Below, piece by piece: positions 30,687 to 41,887 of a stretch of DNA of 48,144 nt. A program made the position numbers and the translations under genes. A model generated the notes under the pieces. The model was given only the letters and a program-made list of their open reading frames with translations, was not told the DNA's origin and searched no databases. Source of the stretch: Candidatus Veblenbacteria bacterium (lineage in GTDB: Bacteria > Patescibacteriota > Patescibacteriia > Veblenbacterales > UBA10138); NCBI GenBank assembly GCA_037439965.1, contig JBBIVB010000003.1, forward strand, positions 1 through 48,144. The letters run 5' to 3'. Each line of letters starts with the position of its first letter. Position 1 is the first letter of the stretch.

Positions 30687-31736
30687 ATGATAGACAAACT
30701 GCAAGAATTAAAAAAACGCGCTTTAGCAGAATTATCTGGCTTGGAATTGCCAGAACATTTGCGTGCCTGGGAAATAAAATTTTTCGGTCGCAAGGGTGAA
30801 TTGACTAAAGTTTTAAAATCTCTACAAGAAGTAGCACAAGAAGAAAAACCAAGGTTGGGTTTATTGGCCAATCAAGTGAAAGGCGAATTAAAGGCAGCAT
30901 TTAAGGCTTGCCAGCAAAAGTTGGGTAGTGGTTTAAAATCAAGAAAAATAGACGTTACTTTGCCTGGCATTAAAGTTAACCGTGGGCATTGGCATCCTAT
31001 TTCTATTATTCAAAAAGAATTAGAAGATTTATTTAAATCAATGGGATTTATGGTTTTGGATGGTCCAGAATTAGAGTCCGAGTATTTTAATTTTGAAGCG
31101 TTGAATATTCCAGCATGGCATCCAGCGCGTGATATTCAAGATACTTTTTATTTAAAAGGTGGAGATGGTGATAATCAATCCGCCTCGTCTTCACTTAGAC
31201 GAGACGGGTGGTTATTGCGTACTCATACTTCACCTATGCAGGTGCGAGCTTTGTTAAAATACGGACCACCTTTGCGTGCAGTGGTTCCAGGTCGAGTATT
31301 TCGTTATGAATCCACCGATGCCTCTCATGAGCATACTTTTTATCAGGTAGAAGGATTAATGGTAGATAAGGGAATTAATATAGCTCACTTAATTGCTGTG
31401 ATGAAAGAACTTTTGGGAGGTATTTTTAAGCGGGAAGTAGAAATTAGGCTACGACCTGGGTATTTTCCTTTTGTGGAGCCTGGTTTTGAACTAGATATCA
31501 AGTGTTTTATTTGTGATGGTCAGGGTTGTAGTGTTTGTAAACAATCGGGCTGGGTGGAACTTTTACCTTGTGGTTTGATACACCCTCGCGTTTTGGAATA
31601 TGGCGGCGTTGACTCTAAAGAATATTCAGGTTTTGCTTTTGGTTTGGGTTTATCTAGATTAGTAATGATGAAATATCATATTGATGATATTCGCCTGTTT
31701 TTATCAGGTGATTTAAGATTTTTAGAGCAATTCTGA
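30687..31736 (+). CDS. pheS: Phenylalanine--tRNA ligase alpha subunit
   Basis: NFEALN, HPAR..QDTF, LRTHTS, YFPFVEP and GFAFGLG. Confidence 0.98.
   Translation: MIDKLQELKKRALAELSGLELPEHLRAWEIKFFGRKGELTKVLKSLQEVAQEEKPRLGLLANQVKGELKAAFKACQQKLGSGLKSRKIDVTLPGIKVNRGHWHPISIIQKELEDLFKSMGFMVLDGPELESEYFNFEALNIPAWHPARDIQDTFYLKGGDGDNQSASSSLRRDGWLLRTHTSPMQVRALLKYGPPLRAVVPGRVFRYESTDASHEHTFYQVEGLMVDKGINIAHLIAVMKELLGGIFKREVEIRLRPGYFPFVEPGFELDIKCFICDGQGCSVCKQSGWVELLPCGLIHPRVLEYGGVDSKEYSGFAFGLGLSRLVMMKYHIDDIRLFLSGDLRFLEQF
31180..31207. repeat. GC-rich palindrome inserted in frame within pheS
   Basis: CCGCCTCGTCT-tcactt-AGACGAGACGG (10 of 11 pairs), encoding part of SASSSLRRDG between DTFY and LLRTHTS. Confidence 0.6.
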
Positions 31737-31746
31737 AATGAGTATT

Positions 31747-31814
31747 TGGTTCACAGTTAGCAGTTTATAAAGTAAAAACTGTTAACTGCAGACTATGAAC
31801 CATAAACTAAACTT
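31747..31814. repeat. Inverted heptamer arrays forming a long intergenic hairpin
   Basis: TGGTTCA CAGTTAG CAGTTTA ... AAACTGT TAACTGC AGACTAT GAACCAT AAACTAA. Confidence 0.6.
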
Positions 31815-34283
31815 ATGTACATTTCTTACAATATAATTAAAGAATTATTAGCTAAACCAAAAGATCTTTCAGGCAAGGAGTTAGCAGAGGTTATGACCAT
31901 GGCTATAGTGGAAGTGGAAGGTTATGTATCTGAGGCAGAAAAATGGAGTCAGATGGTAATAGGTAAAGTGGAGGTTATCAAACCTCATCTTAATGCTGAT
32001 AAATTAAAATTAGTTACAGTTGATTTAGGTCAAACTAAAGCCGAAGTAGTTTGCGGCGGTGTTAATTTAAAAGAAGGCATGTTAGTTGCTTTTGCTCATC
32101 CAGGAGCTCGGGTAAGGTGGCATGGTCAAGGCGATTGGCAGATTTTAAAAGTAGCCACCATTAGGGGAGTGGAAAGTAAAGGTATGATTTGTTCAGCAGC
32201 CGAAATTGGTTTACAAGACTCTAAGGAACCAGAGTATGGCATTATGGATTTGTCCTATTTAAAAATCAAGCCGGGTACGCCATTAGCCCAAGCTTTAGGT
32301 AAAGATGATTTAATTTTGGAATTAGATAATAAGTCAATTACTCATCGGCCAGATTTATGGGGACATTTAGGGGTAGCTAGAGAATTAGCAGTATTATGGA
32401 AAACTCAAGTTATTTTACCTAAGTTAGCTGATATTAAACCAGATACGGAACAAATAAAAGATTTAAAAATCTCTATCAAAGAGCCTGATTTGTGTCAGCG
32501 TTATATAGGAGTTGTAGTAGATAATGTGAAAGTAGAGCCATCGCCAGCTTGGCTTAAGAATAGAGTAGAGGCTTTAGGTATGCGCTCTATTAATAACGTG
32601 GTAGACATTGCCAATTATGTGATGTTAGAAATAGGTCAGCCTTTGCATACTTTTGATTTAGCTAAACTCGCTTCGTCTCATATTATTGTGCGCAGAGCTA
32701 AACAGGGCGAAATTTTTGTTTCTTTAGATGAAACAGAGAGAAAACTTTCTGCTGATACTTTGGTAATTGCTGATTCAAGCCGCGCTCAAGCTATTGCTGG
32801 TATAATAGGCGGACAATCATCTGAAGTTATTTCCACCACCACTAAATTACTAATAGAATCAGCCACTTTTGAAAGTAGAGGAATTAGAAAAACATCGTTA
32901 GCTTTAGGTCTGCGCACCGAGGCCAGTATTCGTTATGAAAAAGCTCAAGATCCAGAGTTGGCTGAAATTGGTATTAAACGCTTTATTTATTTACTTAAAA
33001 CAATTTGTCCAACCATAAAGATTACCAGTCCTTTGGTAGATGAATATCCTGGTAAGCCCTTGCCAGTGAGTATAGAACTTAGTCCCTCGTGGATAGTAGA
33101 AAGAATTGGCTCCAAGATTAAGTATGAAGAAATAAAAAAGATTTTAGAAAGTTTAGGTTTTGAAATTTGGAATAAAGATAAAGACGCTTGGATGGTAAAA
33201 GTGCCTTCATGGCGCGCTACCGGTGACGTTACCATTCCAGAAGATTTAATTGAGGAAGTAGCCCGTATTTATGGTTATGGCAATATTAAACCAGTTTTAC
33301 CAAAGTTTGAGATTAAACCGCCTCCCCAAGACGAATACCAGGATTTACGCTGGAAAATGCGAGAATTACTAGTAGGTGCTGGTTGGACAGAAACTTTAAG
33401 CTATTCTTTTGTGGGAGAAAAATCAATGCGCGGTTTTGGTATGTTACATAATAATCACTATATTACAACCAAGCTTTGTCTTACGCTTGTTAATCCGATT
33501 GATAGTGAAAAAAATATGTTGCGGCCAAGTTTGTTGCCCAATTTAGTACAACAAGTAGCAGGAAATTTACGTTGGTTTGATGAGGTGCGTTTATTTGAAA
33601 TAGGGCGTATTTTTATAAATGAAGCTGGTAATTTTACTGCTAAAGACAAACAAACAACAAAGCTTCCTAAACAACCATACCATTTAGCTTTATTGGCTGT
33701 ATCTAAGAAAGGCAGTGACGAATTAATATTTAGAGAAGTAAAAGGAATATTAATAGAATTAGGGCTACGGCTTGGTTTGAATTTTATCTTTCGTCAACCA
33801 ACTGAAATCAACCACGATTGGTATAACAAAGAAGTAACGCTTGATATTTTTGTTGGTAAGGTGCTAGTTGGCCATCTTGGTATTTTGAATTCAGAGTTGA
33901 TAAGCCTTTATGATTTACCTATTAATTCAGTAGCAGTAGAAATTAGTCTAGATGCTTTGCCAGCCGTATCAAAATTATTAAAGTATAAATCACTTTATAA
34001 ATATCCGGGAATAATTCGCGATCTGTCCTTAGTAATATCAAACCAGGTTATTTGGGATGATATAGCTTCTTCATTAAAAGACACTTCGCCTCTACTTGAA
34101 TCTTTTGAGCTGTTTGATGTTTATGAATCGGCAGAATTAGGTAAAGGTAAGCGTAGTATTGCTTTTCATTTAACTTTCCGTCATCCTAAGAAAACATTAA
34201 AAAGCGAAGAAGTAGATAAGATAGTTTCCAAAATTAAGAAAATTTTAATTAATAAATTTAATGCAGAGGTTAGAGATCATTAA
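31815..34283 (+). CDS. pheT: Phenylalanine--tRNA ligase beta subunit
   Basis: HLNADKL, RGVESKGMICS, HRPDL, GQPLHTFD, DLIEEVARIYGY and C-terminal FDX-ACB domain. Confidence 0.98.
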   Translation: MYISYNIIKELLAKPKDLSGKELAEVMTMAIVEVEGYVSEAEKWSQMVIGKVEVIKPHLNADKLKLVTVDLGQTKAEVVCGGVNLKEGMLVAFAHPGARVRWHGQGDWQILKVATIRGVESKGMICSAAEIGLQDSKEPEYGIMDLSYLKIKPGTPLAQALGKDDLILELDNKSITHRPDLWGHLGVARELAVLWKTQVILPKLADIKPDTEQIKDLKISIKEPDLCQRYIGVVVDNVKVEPSPAWLKNRVEALGMRSINNVVDIANYVMLEIGQPLHTFDLAKLASSHIIVRRAKQGEIFVSLDETERKLSADTLVIADSSRAQAIAGIIGGQSSEVISTTTKLLIESATFESRGIRKTSLALGLRTEASIRYEKAQDPELAEIGIKRFIYLLKTICPTIKITSPLVDEYPGKPLPVSIELSPSWIVERIGSKIKYEEIKKILESLGFEIWNKDKDAWMVKVPSWRATGDVTIPEDLIEEVARIYGYGNIKPVLPKFEIKPPPQDEYQDLRWKMRELLVGAGWTETLSYSFVGEKSMRGFGMLHNNHYITTKLCLTLVNPIDSEKNMLRPSLLPNLVQQVAGNLRWFDEVRLFEIGRIFINEAGNFTAKDKQTTKLPKQPYHLALLAVSKKGSDELIFREVKGILIELGLRLGLNFIFRQPTEINHDWYNKEVTLDIFVGKVLVGHLGILNSELISLYDLPINSVAVEISLDALPAVSKLLKYKSLYKYPGIIRDLSLVISNQVIWDDIASSLKDTSPLLESFELFDVYESAELGKGKRSIAFHLTFRHPKKTLKSEEVDKIVSKIKKILINKFNAEVRDH

Positions 34284-36329
<2,046 letters not shown>

Positions 36330-36339
36330 TTCTAAGGGC

Positions 36340-36368
36340 TTGCCAACTTTATTGCCTTATGTTAATCT
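36340..36368 (+). promoter_or_regulatory. Promoter of secE-nusG-rplK-rplA
   Basis: TTGCCA-N17-TAATCT with TG extension; followed by hairpin AAGGCCC-caggata-GGGCCTT. Confidence 0.55.
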
Positions 36369-36439
36369 AGTTTTTAGTTAAGGCCCCAGGATAGGGCCTT
36401 TTAAAAGACAGAAAATTCAATAAATTTCACTATTTTATT

Positions 36440-36628
36440 ATGCCCAATCCTATAATTAATTATTTTAAACAATCAGTGGAAGAGCTTAAGAAAGTAGTCT
36501 GGCCTACGAGGAAAGAAGCTACCCAGCACACTCTTTTAGTGATCGGCATTTCTTTAGGGATAGCAATTTTTTTAGGAGCTTTGGATTATATTTTTAATTT
36601 AGGTTTAGAGAATTTATTAGCCAAGTAA
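36440..36628 (+). CDS. secE: Preprotein translocase subunit SecE
   Basis: ELKKVVWPTR, single TM helix, located upstream of nusG. Confidence 0.95.
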   Translation: MPNPIINYFKQSVEELKKVVWPTRKEATQHTLLVIGISLGIAIFLGALDYIFNLGLENLLAK

Positions 36629-36670
36629 AAGTAATTTTAATTTTTACATTTTTAATTTTAAATTTTTAAC

Positions 36671-37216
36671 ATGCCTAGGCAACAATTACAACAAGGTCGT
36701 CGATGGTATGCCATTCATACCTACTCTGGTTATGAAGAAAATGTAGCCCGTAATTTAAAGCAGCGTATTGAAACTATGGATATGGGTGATAAGATTTTTA
36801 ATATTTTAATTCCCACCGAGAAAAAAATTCGCATCAAAAATGGCAAACGTAAAGTAATAGAAGAAAAAATTTTTCCAGGCTACGTGCTGGTAGAAATGAT
36901 TGTAACTGATGATTCTTGGTATGTGGTGCGTAATACACCTAACGTCACTGGATTTATTGGCAGCGGTACCACCCCAACGCCAGTATCCGAAGAGGAAATG
37001 AAGTCTTTGCAAAAAAGAATGGGAATCGAAGAGCCAACTTATCAGGTTGATGTTACTCTTGGTACGCCAGTAAAAATTATCGATGGTCCATTTAAGGATT
37101 TTGATGGAAAAATTTCCGAAGTAGATCCTACTCGCGGCAAAGTTAAAGTTTTGGTTTCTATGTTTGGTAGAGAGACACCAGTGGAGCTTGATTTTTTACA
37201 AATCCAAAAGATATAA
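36671..37216 (+). CDS. nusG: Transcription termination/antitermination factor NusG
   Basis: WYAIHTYSGYE, FPGYVLV, KOW motif and FGRETPVEL. Confidence 0.98.
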   Translation: MPRQQLQQGRRWYAIHTYSGYEENVARNLKQRIETMDMGDKIFNILIPTEKKIRIKNGKRKVIEEKIFPGYVLVEMIVTDDSWYVVRNTPNVTGFIGSGTTPTPVSEEEMKSLQKRMGIEEPTYQVDVTLGTPVKIIDGPFKDFDGKISEVDPTRGKVKVLVSMFGRETPVELDFLQIQKI

Positions 37217-37252
37217 TTTTGCATTTTGATTTTTAAATTTTAAATTTTTCAT

Positions 37253-37681
37253 ATGGCGACTAAGAAAGTAAAAACGATTATCAAATTACAAATTCCCGCA
37301 GGTAAAGCTACACCAGCGCCACCAGTCGGTCCGGCTTTAGGTCAACATGGTTTGAATTTACAAGAGTTTTGTACCAAGTTTAATGCCGCCACTCGTGATA
37401 AAGGTAGTGATATTATTCCTTGTGAAATTACAGTATTTGAAGACCGTACTTATACTTTTATTTTAAAAACTCCACCAGCCGCGGAATTATTAAAAAAAGC
37501 TGCTGGTATTACTAAAGGTTCAGGAAAACCATTACAAGAAAAGGTAGGAAAAATAACCAAGAAACAAATTGAGGAAATCGCTAAAATAAAAATGACAGAT
37601 TTAAACGCCTATGATTTAGCTGCAGCTTGTAAAATTATTGAAGGAACAGCTAGACAAATGGGCTTAATAATTGAGGGTTAA
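37253..37681 (+). CDS. rplK: 50S ribosomal protein L11
   Basis: [15 protein letters not shown] and GTARQMG. Confidence 0.98.
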   Translation: MATKKVKTIIKLQIPAGKATPAPPVGPALGQHGLNLQEFCTKFNAATRDKGSDIIPCEITVFEDRTYTFILKTPPAAELLKKAAGITKGSGKPLQEKVGKITKKQIEEIAKIKMTDLNAYDLAAACKIIEGTARQMGLIIEG

Positions 37682-37737
37682 ATTACTGATTTTCTATTTA
37701 TCAATCACTGGACAGTATTCTAAATTCTAATTATTAA

Positions 37738-37779
37738 GGTAGGAGGTTCGCTCTCTAATAGCGAGTCGCTAAAACTACC
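37738..37779 (+). promoter_or_regulatory. Putative L1-binding autoregulatory RNA element
   Basis: GGTAG-GAG...hairpin TCGCT/AGCGA...TAAAA-CTACC directly upstream of rplA, resembling the L1-binding kink of 23S rRNA and L1 leaders. Confidence 0.65.
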
Positions 37780-37797
37780 AACAGGAGAATATATCTC

Positions 37798-38481
37798 ATG
37801 TCTAAAACAGGGAAAAAATATCAAAGTGCCAGTTCTCAAATAGAGGCAGGGAGGCGTTATTCTATAAAAGATGCTATTGAATTATTAAAAAAAATGCCTC
37901 AGCCAAAATTTGATCAGTCAGTAGAGTTACATTTGAAATTAGGGATTGATATGACGCAAGCTAATCAGCAAGTGCGTGGCTCAGTCATGTTACCTTATGG
38001 TACTGGTAAAGTTAAAAAAATAGCTGTTTTTTGTGGTGAGGAAAAAGCCAAGGAAGCTAAAGAAGCTGGTGCTAGTTTGGTGGGTGGTGAGGAGTTGATT
38101 AAACAAATTGGTCAAACTGGTAAATGTGATTTTGAAGTAGCTATTGCCACACCAGAGATGATGAAAAAAATGGCGTCGATTGCTAAAATTTTAGGACAAA
38201 AAGGTCTAATGCCTAATCCTAAAACCGAAACCATTACTAATGACATTGGTAAAACTATTAAAGAAATGAACACTGGAAAGATAAATTATCGTGTTGATGA
38301 TTCTGGTAATATTCATCAAATTGTTGGTAAGTTATCTTTTGATACTGAAAAATTACAAAAAAATATAGAAGTTTTATTGGAGGCTATTAAGCACGCTAAA
38401 CCATCTGGAGTTAAAGGGACTTATATCAGAAACGTAGTGTTAACTACTACTATGGGACCAGGAGTGCCATTAGCTATTTAG
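37798..38481 (+). CDS. rplA: 50S ribosomal protein L1
   Basis: KFDQSVE, QVRG, LGQKGLMPNPK and TTMGPG. Confidence 0.98.
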   Translation: MSKTGKKYQSASSQIEAGRRYSIKDAIELLKKMPQPKFDQSVELHLKLGIDMTQANQQVRGSVMLPYGTGKVKKIAVFCGEEKAKEAKEAGASLVGGEELIKQIGQTGKCDFEVAIATPEMMKKMASIAKILGQKGLMPNPKTETITNDIGKTIKEMNTGKINYRVDDSGNIHQIVGKLSFDTEKLQKNIEVLLEAIKHAKPSGVKGTYIRNVVLTTTMGPGVPLAI

Positions 38482-38554
38482 TTCATAAGTTTACAGTTTG
38501 CAAGTTAAATTTAAAAGTCTATAGATTATAGACTATTAACTCTCAATCAAATTT

Positions 38555-39130
38555 ATGATTTTATCTGACAAAGATATTAAGAAGGCCTTAGCATCTGGTC
38601 GGATTAAAATAACACCCACTCCTAATTTAGCTGAACAACTTGGTTCTTGTTCTATAGATTTGCATTTAGGTAATACTTTTAGGATATTTAAAAATTCGCA
38701 ATATCCTTACATTGACTTACAGAAAAGTATTGATATTGGAGAGTTAATGGAAGAGATTAACATTTCCGACGCCAAGCCTTTTATTATGCAGCCGGGTGAT
38801 TTTGTGTTGGCTTCTTTAGCTGAAAGTTTAGAGTTAGCTAATGATATCTTAGGTCGTTTAGAGGGGCGTAGTTCTTTGGGTAGATTAGGTATTATTGTTC
38901 ATGGTACAGCTTCGGTTTTTGATCCTGGTTGGATTGGCGTACCCACCATAGAGTTAGGTAATTTAGGTATGATGCCGGTAGCGCTGTATCCTGGCATGCG
39001 CATTTGTGCTTTTACTTTTGAAGAGGTAACTAGTGCAGTGGAGGTACCTTACTGTTTTAAAAAAGGCAATAAGTACGCTGGTCAGATTAAACCATTGGCT
39101 TCTAAATTAACTCAAGAAATTAAAAGTTAA
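38555..39130 (+). CDS. dcd: dCTP deaminase
   Basis: MILSD, SIDLHLG, EGRSSLGRLG..VH, DPGW, ELGN and KYAGQ. Confidence 0.93.
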   Translation: MILSDKDIKKALASGRIKITPTPNLAEQLGSCSIDLHLGNTFRIFKNSQYPYIDLQKSIDIGELMEEINISDAKPFIMQPGDFVLASLAESLELANDILGRLEGRSSLGRLGIIVHGTASVFDPGWIGVPTIELGNLGMMPVALYPGMRICAFTFEEVTSAVEVPYCFKKGNKYAGQIKPLASKLTQEIKS

Positions 39131-39132
39131 AT

Positions 39133-39705
39133 ATGTCTCATAAAAGAAATACTACTAGATTAATAGTACTGGTGGGAGAGAAATTATCGGGTAAAGAGGT
39201 AGTTAGTAATTATTTGGTTAAAAAATACGGTTTTACTAAACTGCGTTTTTCTAAAATTTTAGTTGACATTTTAAATTGTCTACATTTACCTATTACCCGA
39301 GTTAATCAAGCAAGCCTAGCTAGTGCTTTAAGGGAACGTTTTGGTGGCGGAATATTAGCTGAGACTTTGATTAAAGAAATTAAAGATAAATATTTTAAAA
39401 AAGTAGTCATAGATGGCTTGCGCCATCCGGCAGAATACGAAACTTTAAATAAAATACCAAAAAGTGTTTCGGTTTATATTACAGCTAGTTTGCTAACACG
39501 TTTTAAGCGAGCTAAGTCAAGAAAAGAAAAAGTTGGTGAGTCGCGATTTACTTTAGAAGATTTTAAACGCGAGGAAAAGTTACCTACAGAGATTTTTATT
39601 AAAAGTTTAGGCAAAAAAGCTAAAGTCAAGATAGTAAACGAAGGCGGTTTGAAAGATTTATATACACAAATTGAGGAGAAGTTAGTTAAAAAATTTATTA
39701 AATAG
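39133..39705 (+). CDS. P-loop nucleoside monophosphate kinase-like protein (AAA/CoaE-like)
   Basis: VGEKLSGK P-loop, VVIDGLR..E and R..R...R lid motif. Confidence 0.75.
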   Translation: MSHKRNTTRLIVLVGEKLSGKEVVSNYLVKKYGFTKLRFSKILVDILNCLHLPITRVNQASLASALRERFGGGILAETLIKEIKDKYFKKVVIDGLRHPAEYETLNKIPKSVSVYITASLLTRFKRAKSRKEKVGESRFTLEDFKREEKLPTEIFIKSLGKKAKVKIVNEGGLKDLYTQIEEKLVKKFIK

Positions 39706-39707
39706 TC

Positions 39708-40130
39708 ATGAAACTTCAAATTAAAAAGTTAGATCCTCGTGCTAAACTACCAACCTATGCCCACCCGGGAGACGCAGGTTTAGATATTTATACTTTAGAG
39801 GAAGTTACAATTAAGCCAGGAGAACGCCAGAGTATTAAAACAGGAATTGCTTTAGCTATTCCAGATGGTTATGTTGGTTTAGTTTGGGATAAAAGTGGTC
39901 TTGCTTTTAAATACGGTTTAAAAAGTATGGCTGGAGTGATTGATGCTGGTTACCGTGGAGAACTAATGATTTGTCTTTTTAATACCAGCAGTGAACCATA
40001 TACTTTTAAAAGTGGTGAAAAATTAGTTCAACTACTAATTCAGAAGGTAGACAGAGTAGAAATTGAGGAAGTAGATGAATTAGATAATACCTCTCGATCT
40101 GATGGTCGATGGGGTAGTACGGGAAAATAG
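39708..40130 (+). CDS. dut: dUTP diphosphatase
   Basis: DAGLD, KSGLA, GVIDAGYRGE, QLLI and R..GRWGSTG. Confidence 0.96.
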   Translation: MKLQIKKLDPRAKLPTYAHPGDAGLDIYTLEEVTIKPGERQSIKTGIALAIPDGYVGLVWDKSGLAFKYGLKSMAGVIDAGYRGELMICLFNTSSEPYTFKSGEKLVQLLIQKVDRVEIEEVDELDNTSRSDGRWGSTGK

Positions 40131-40440
40131 TGTTATATCTAGAGTATTTTTATTTCCAAGTAGCTTTTAATTAAGGTGCCAAAATTAGTAGTATATTAGG
40201 TTAATCTTACAGAAATGAAATAGACAAAAACAGAAGCCTTAAGCCTTTACATTTTGGCATCCATAAAGGGGCCAGAATTGATTTACGCGATTATTTGGCT
40301 ATACTATATCTGAATTTGAAGATTTGATAAATATAACTTTTCCTTGGCGAGATTTTTGTTGTTTTTTTGTGATATTTGTTATTTTTTTATTATTAAGCTA
40401 ATCTTAGTATTAGTGTCGTTTGATTAATGAAATAAAATTT

Positions 40441-41355
40441 ATGCAACAGTATTTAAGTTTATTGCAAGAAGTTTTAGAGCGAGGTGAGAAGCGTCAGGAT
40501 AGAACCGGCATTGGTACCATGTCAATCTTTGGTATCCAGAGAAAATTTGATTTACGCGAAGGTTTTCCTTTAGTCACTACCAAAAAAGTTAAAATTGAAA
40601 ATATTATTATAGAACTGTTATGGTTTTTAAAAGGCGATACTAATATTAAATATTTAGTAGATAGAAATGTTAATATTTGGAACGAGTGGCCATTTCAAGA
40701 TTATTTAAAGGCTAATAATTTAGAGAAGGATTATCCGATTTATTCTGAAGGGTGGCGTAATAAGATGAAAGAATTTATTGAACAGATTAAAAATGATGAT
40801 AATTTTGCTAAAGAGTGGGGAGAATTAGGGCCGGTTTATGGTAAACAATGGCGTAGATGGGAAGGAAAAGATGGTAAGTTTTATGACCAAATTCAATGGG
40901 TAATTAATGAAATAAAAACAAATCCTAACTCAAGGCGTATTATAGTAAACGCTTGGAATGTAGCTGATGTTATGTCACATAAAAAATCCACTCCGCCTTT
41001 ATGTCATACCATGTTTCAGTTCTATGTAATTAATAATAGACTAGATTGCCAGCTTTATCAGCGGAGTGCTGATTTAGCTTTGGGCGTACCTTATAATATA
41101 GCAAGTTATAGCGCTTTAATGATGATAATAGCTCAGGAATGCGGTTTAACACCGGGTATTTTTACACATACCTTTGGCGATGCACATATTTATTTAAATC
41201 ATATCGAAGGCGTTAAAGAACAATTAACTAGGAAACCCTTTCATTTGCCAAAATTAATTATTAGTAGAAAACCAATGGGTGAGTTGACAATTGATGATTT
41301 TAAGTTGGAAAATTATCAGTGTCATCCTTTTATTAAATTTGAAATTGCGGTTTAA
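40441..41355 (+). CDS. thyA: Thymidylate synthase
   Basis: DRTGIGT, ELLWFLKG, LGPVYG.QWR, PPLCH and QRSAD..LGVPYN. ATG 40441 (MQQYL) preferred over TTG 40420. Confidence 0.97.
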   Translation: MQQYLSLLQEVLERGEKRQDRTGIGTMSIFGIQRKFDLREGFPLVTTKKVKIENIIIELLWFLKGDTNIKYLVDRNVNIWNEWPFQDYLKANNLEKDYPIYSEGWRNKMKEFIEQIKNDDNFAKEWGELGPVYGKQWRRWEGKDGKFYDQIQWVINEIKTNPNSRRIIVNAWNVADVMSHKKSTPPLCHTMFQFYVINNRLDCQLYQRSADLALGVPYNIASYSALMMIIAQECGLTPGIFTHTFGDAHIYLNHIEGVKEQLTRKPFHLPKLIISRKPMGELTIDDFKLENYQCHPFIKFEIAV

Positions 41356-41359
41356 TTTT

Positions 41360-41887
41360 ATGAATTTTTCAGTAATTGCAGCAATTGATAAAAATAGGGG
41401 TTTAGGTAAAGCAGGTAAACTAGCTTGGAATTTATCGGGTGATATGAAGCATTTTAAGTCAGTTACTTGCGAAGTTTCTAAAGCCGGCGCAATGAATGCC
41501 GTGATCATGGGTAGAACCACCTGGGAATCTTTGCCAGAAAAATATCGACCATTACCTAATAGGATAAATGTGATACTTACTAGAAATCGTGATTTTAAAG
41601 TTCCTCAGGGAGTTATTTTAGCCACTTCACTTGATGAAGCGTTGGATATATTATCAGCACTCGATAGTGTAGTGAATCAAATCTTTGTGATAGGCGGATC
41701 TTCGGTATATGCCCAAGCAGTAATACACCCATCTTGTAATAAGATTTATTTAACCGAAATTAATAAAGTTTTTGATTGCGATGTTTATTTTCCTATGTTG
41801 CCAAATGGTTTTATTAAAAAAGAGGAATCAAAAACAGTAACCAAAGATGGTATTGATTATAAATTTGTAATTTACGAACGCACATGA
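41360..41887 (+). CDS. folA: Dihydrofolate reductase
   Basis: IAA, LAW.L.GDM.HF, IMGRTTWESLP, RPLPNR, IGG and CDVYFP. Start at ATG 41360. Confidence 0.96.
   Translation: MNFSVIAAIDKNRGLGKAGKLAWNLSGDMKHFKSVTCEVSKAGAMNAVIMGRTTWESLPEKYRPLPNRINVILTRNRDFKVPQGVILATSLDEALDILSALDSVVNQIFVIGGSSVYAQAVIHPSCNKIYLTEINKVFDCDVYFPMLPNGFIKKEESKTVTKDGIDYKFVIYERT

Noticed and set aside
36330-36439. Expected tRNA-Trp or rpmG upstream of secE
   Set aside because: No cloverleaf, T-loop or ORF; only a promoter and a short hairpin.
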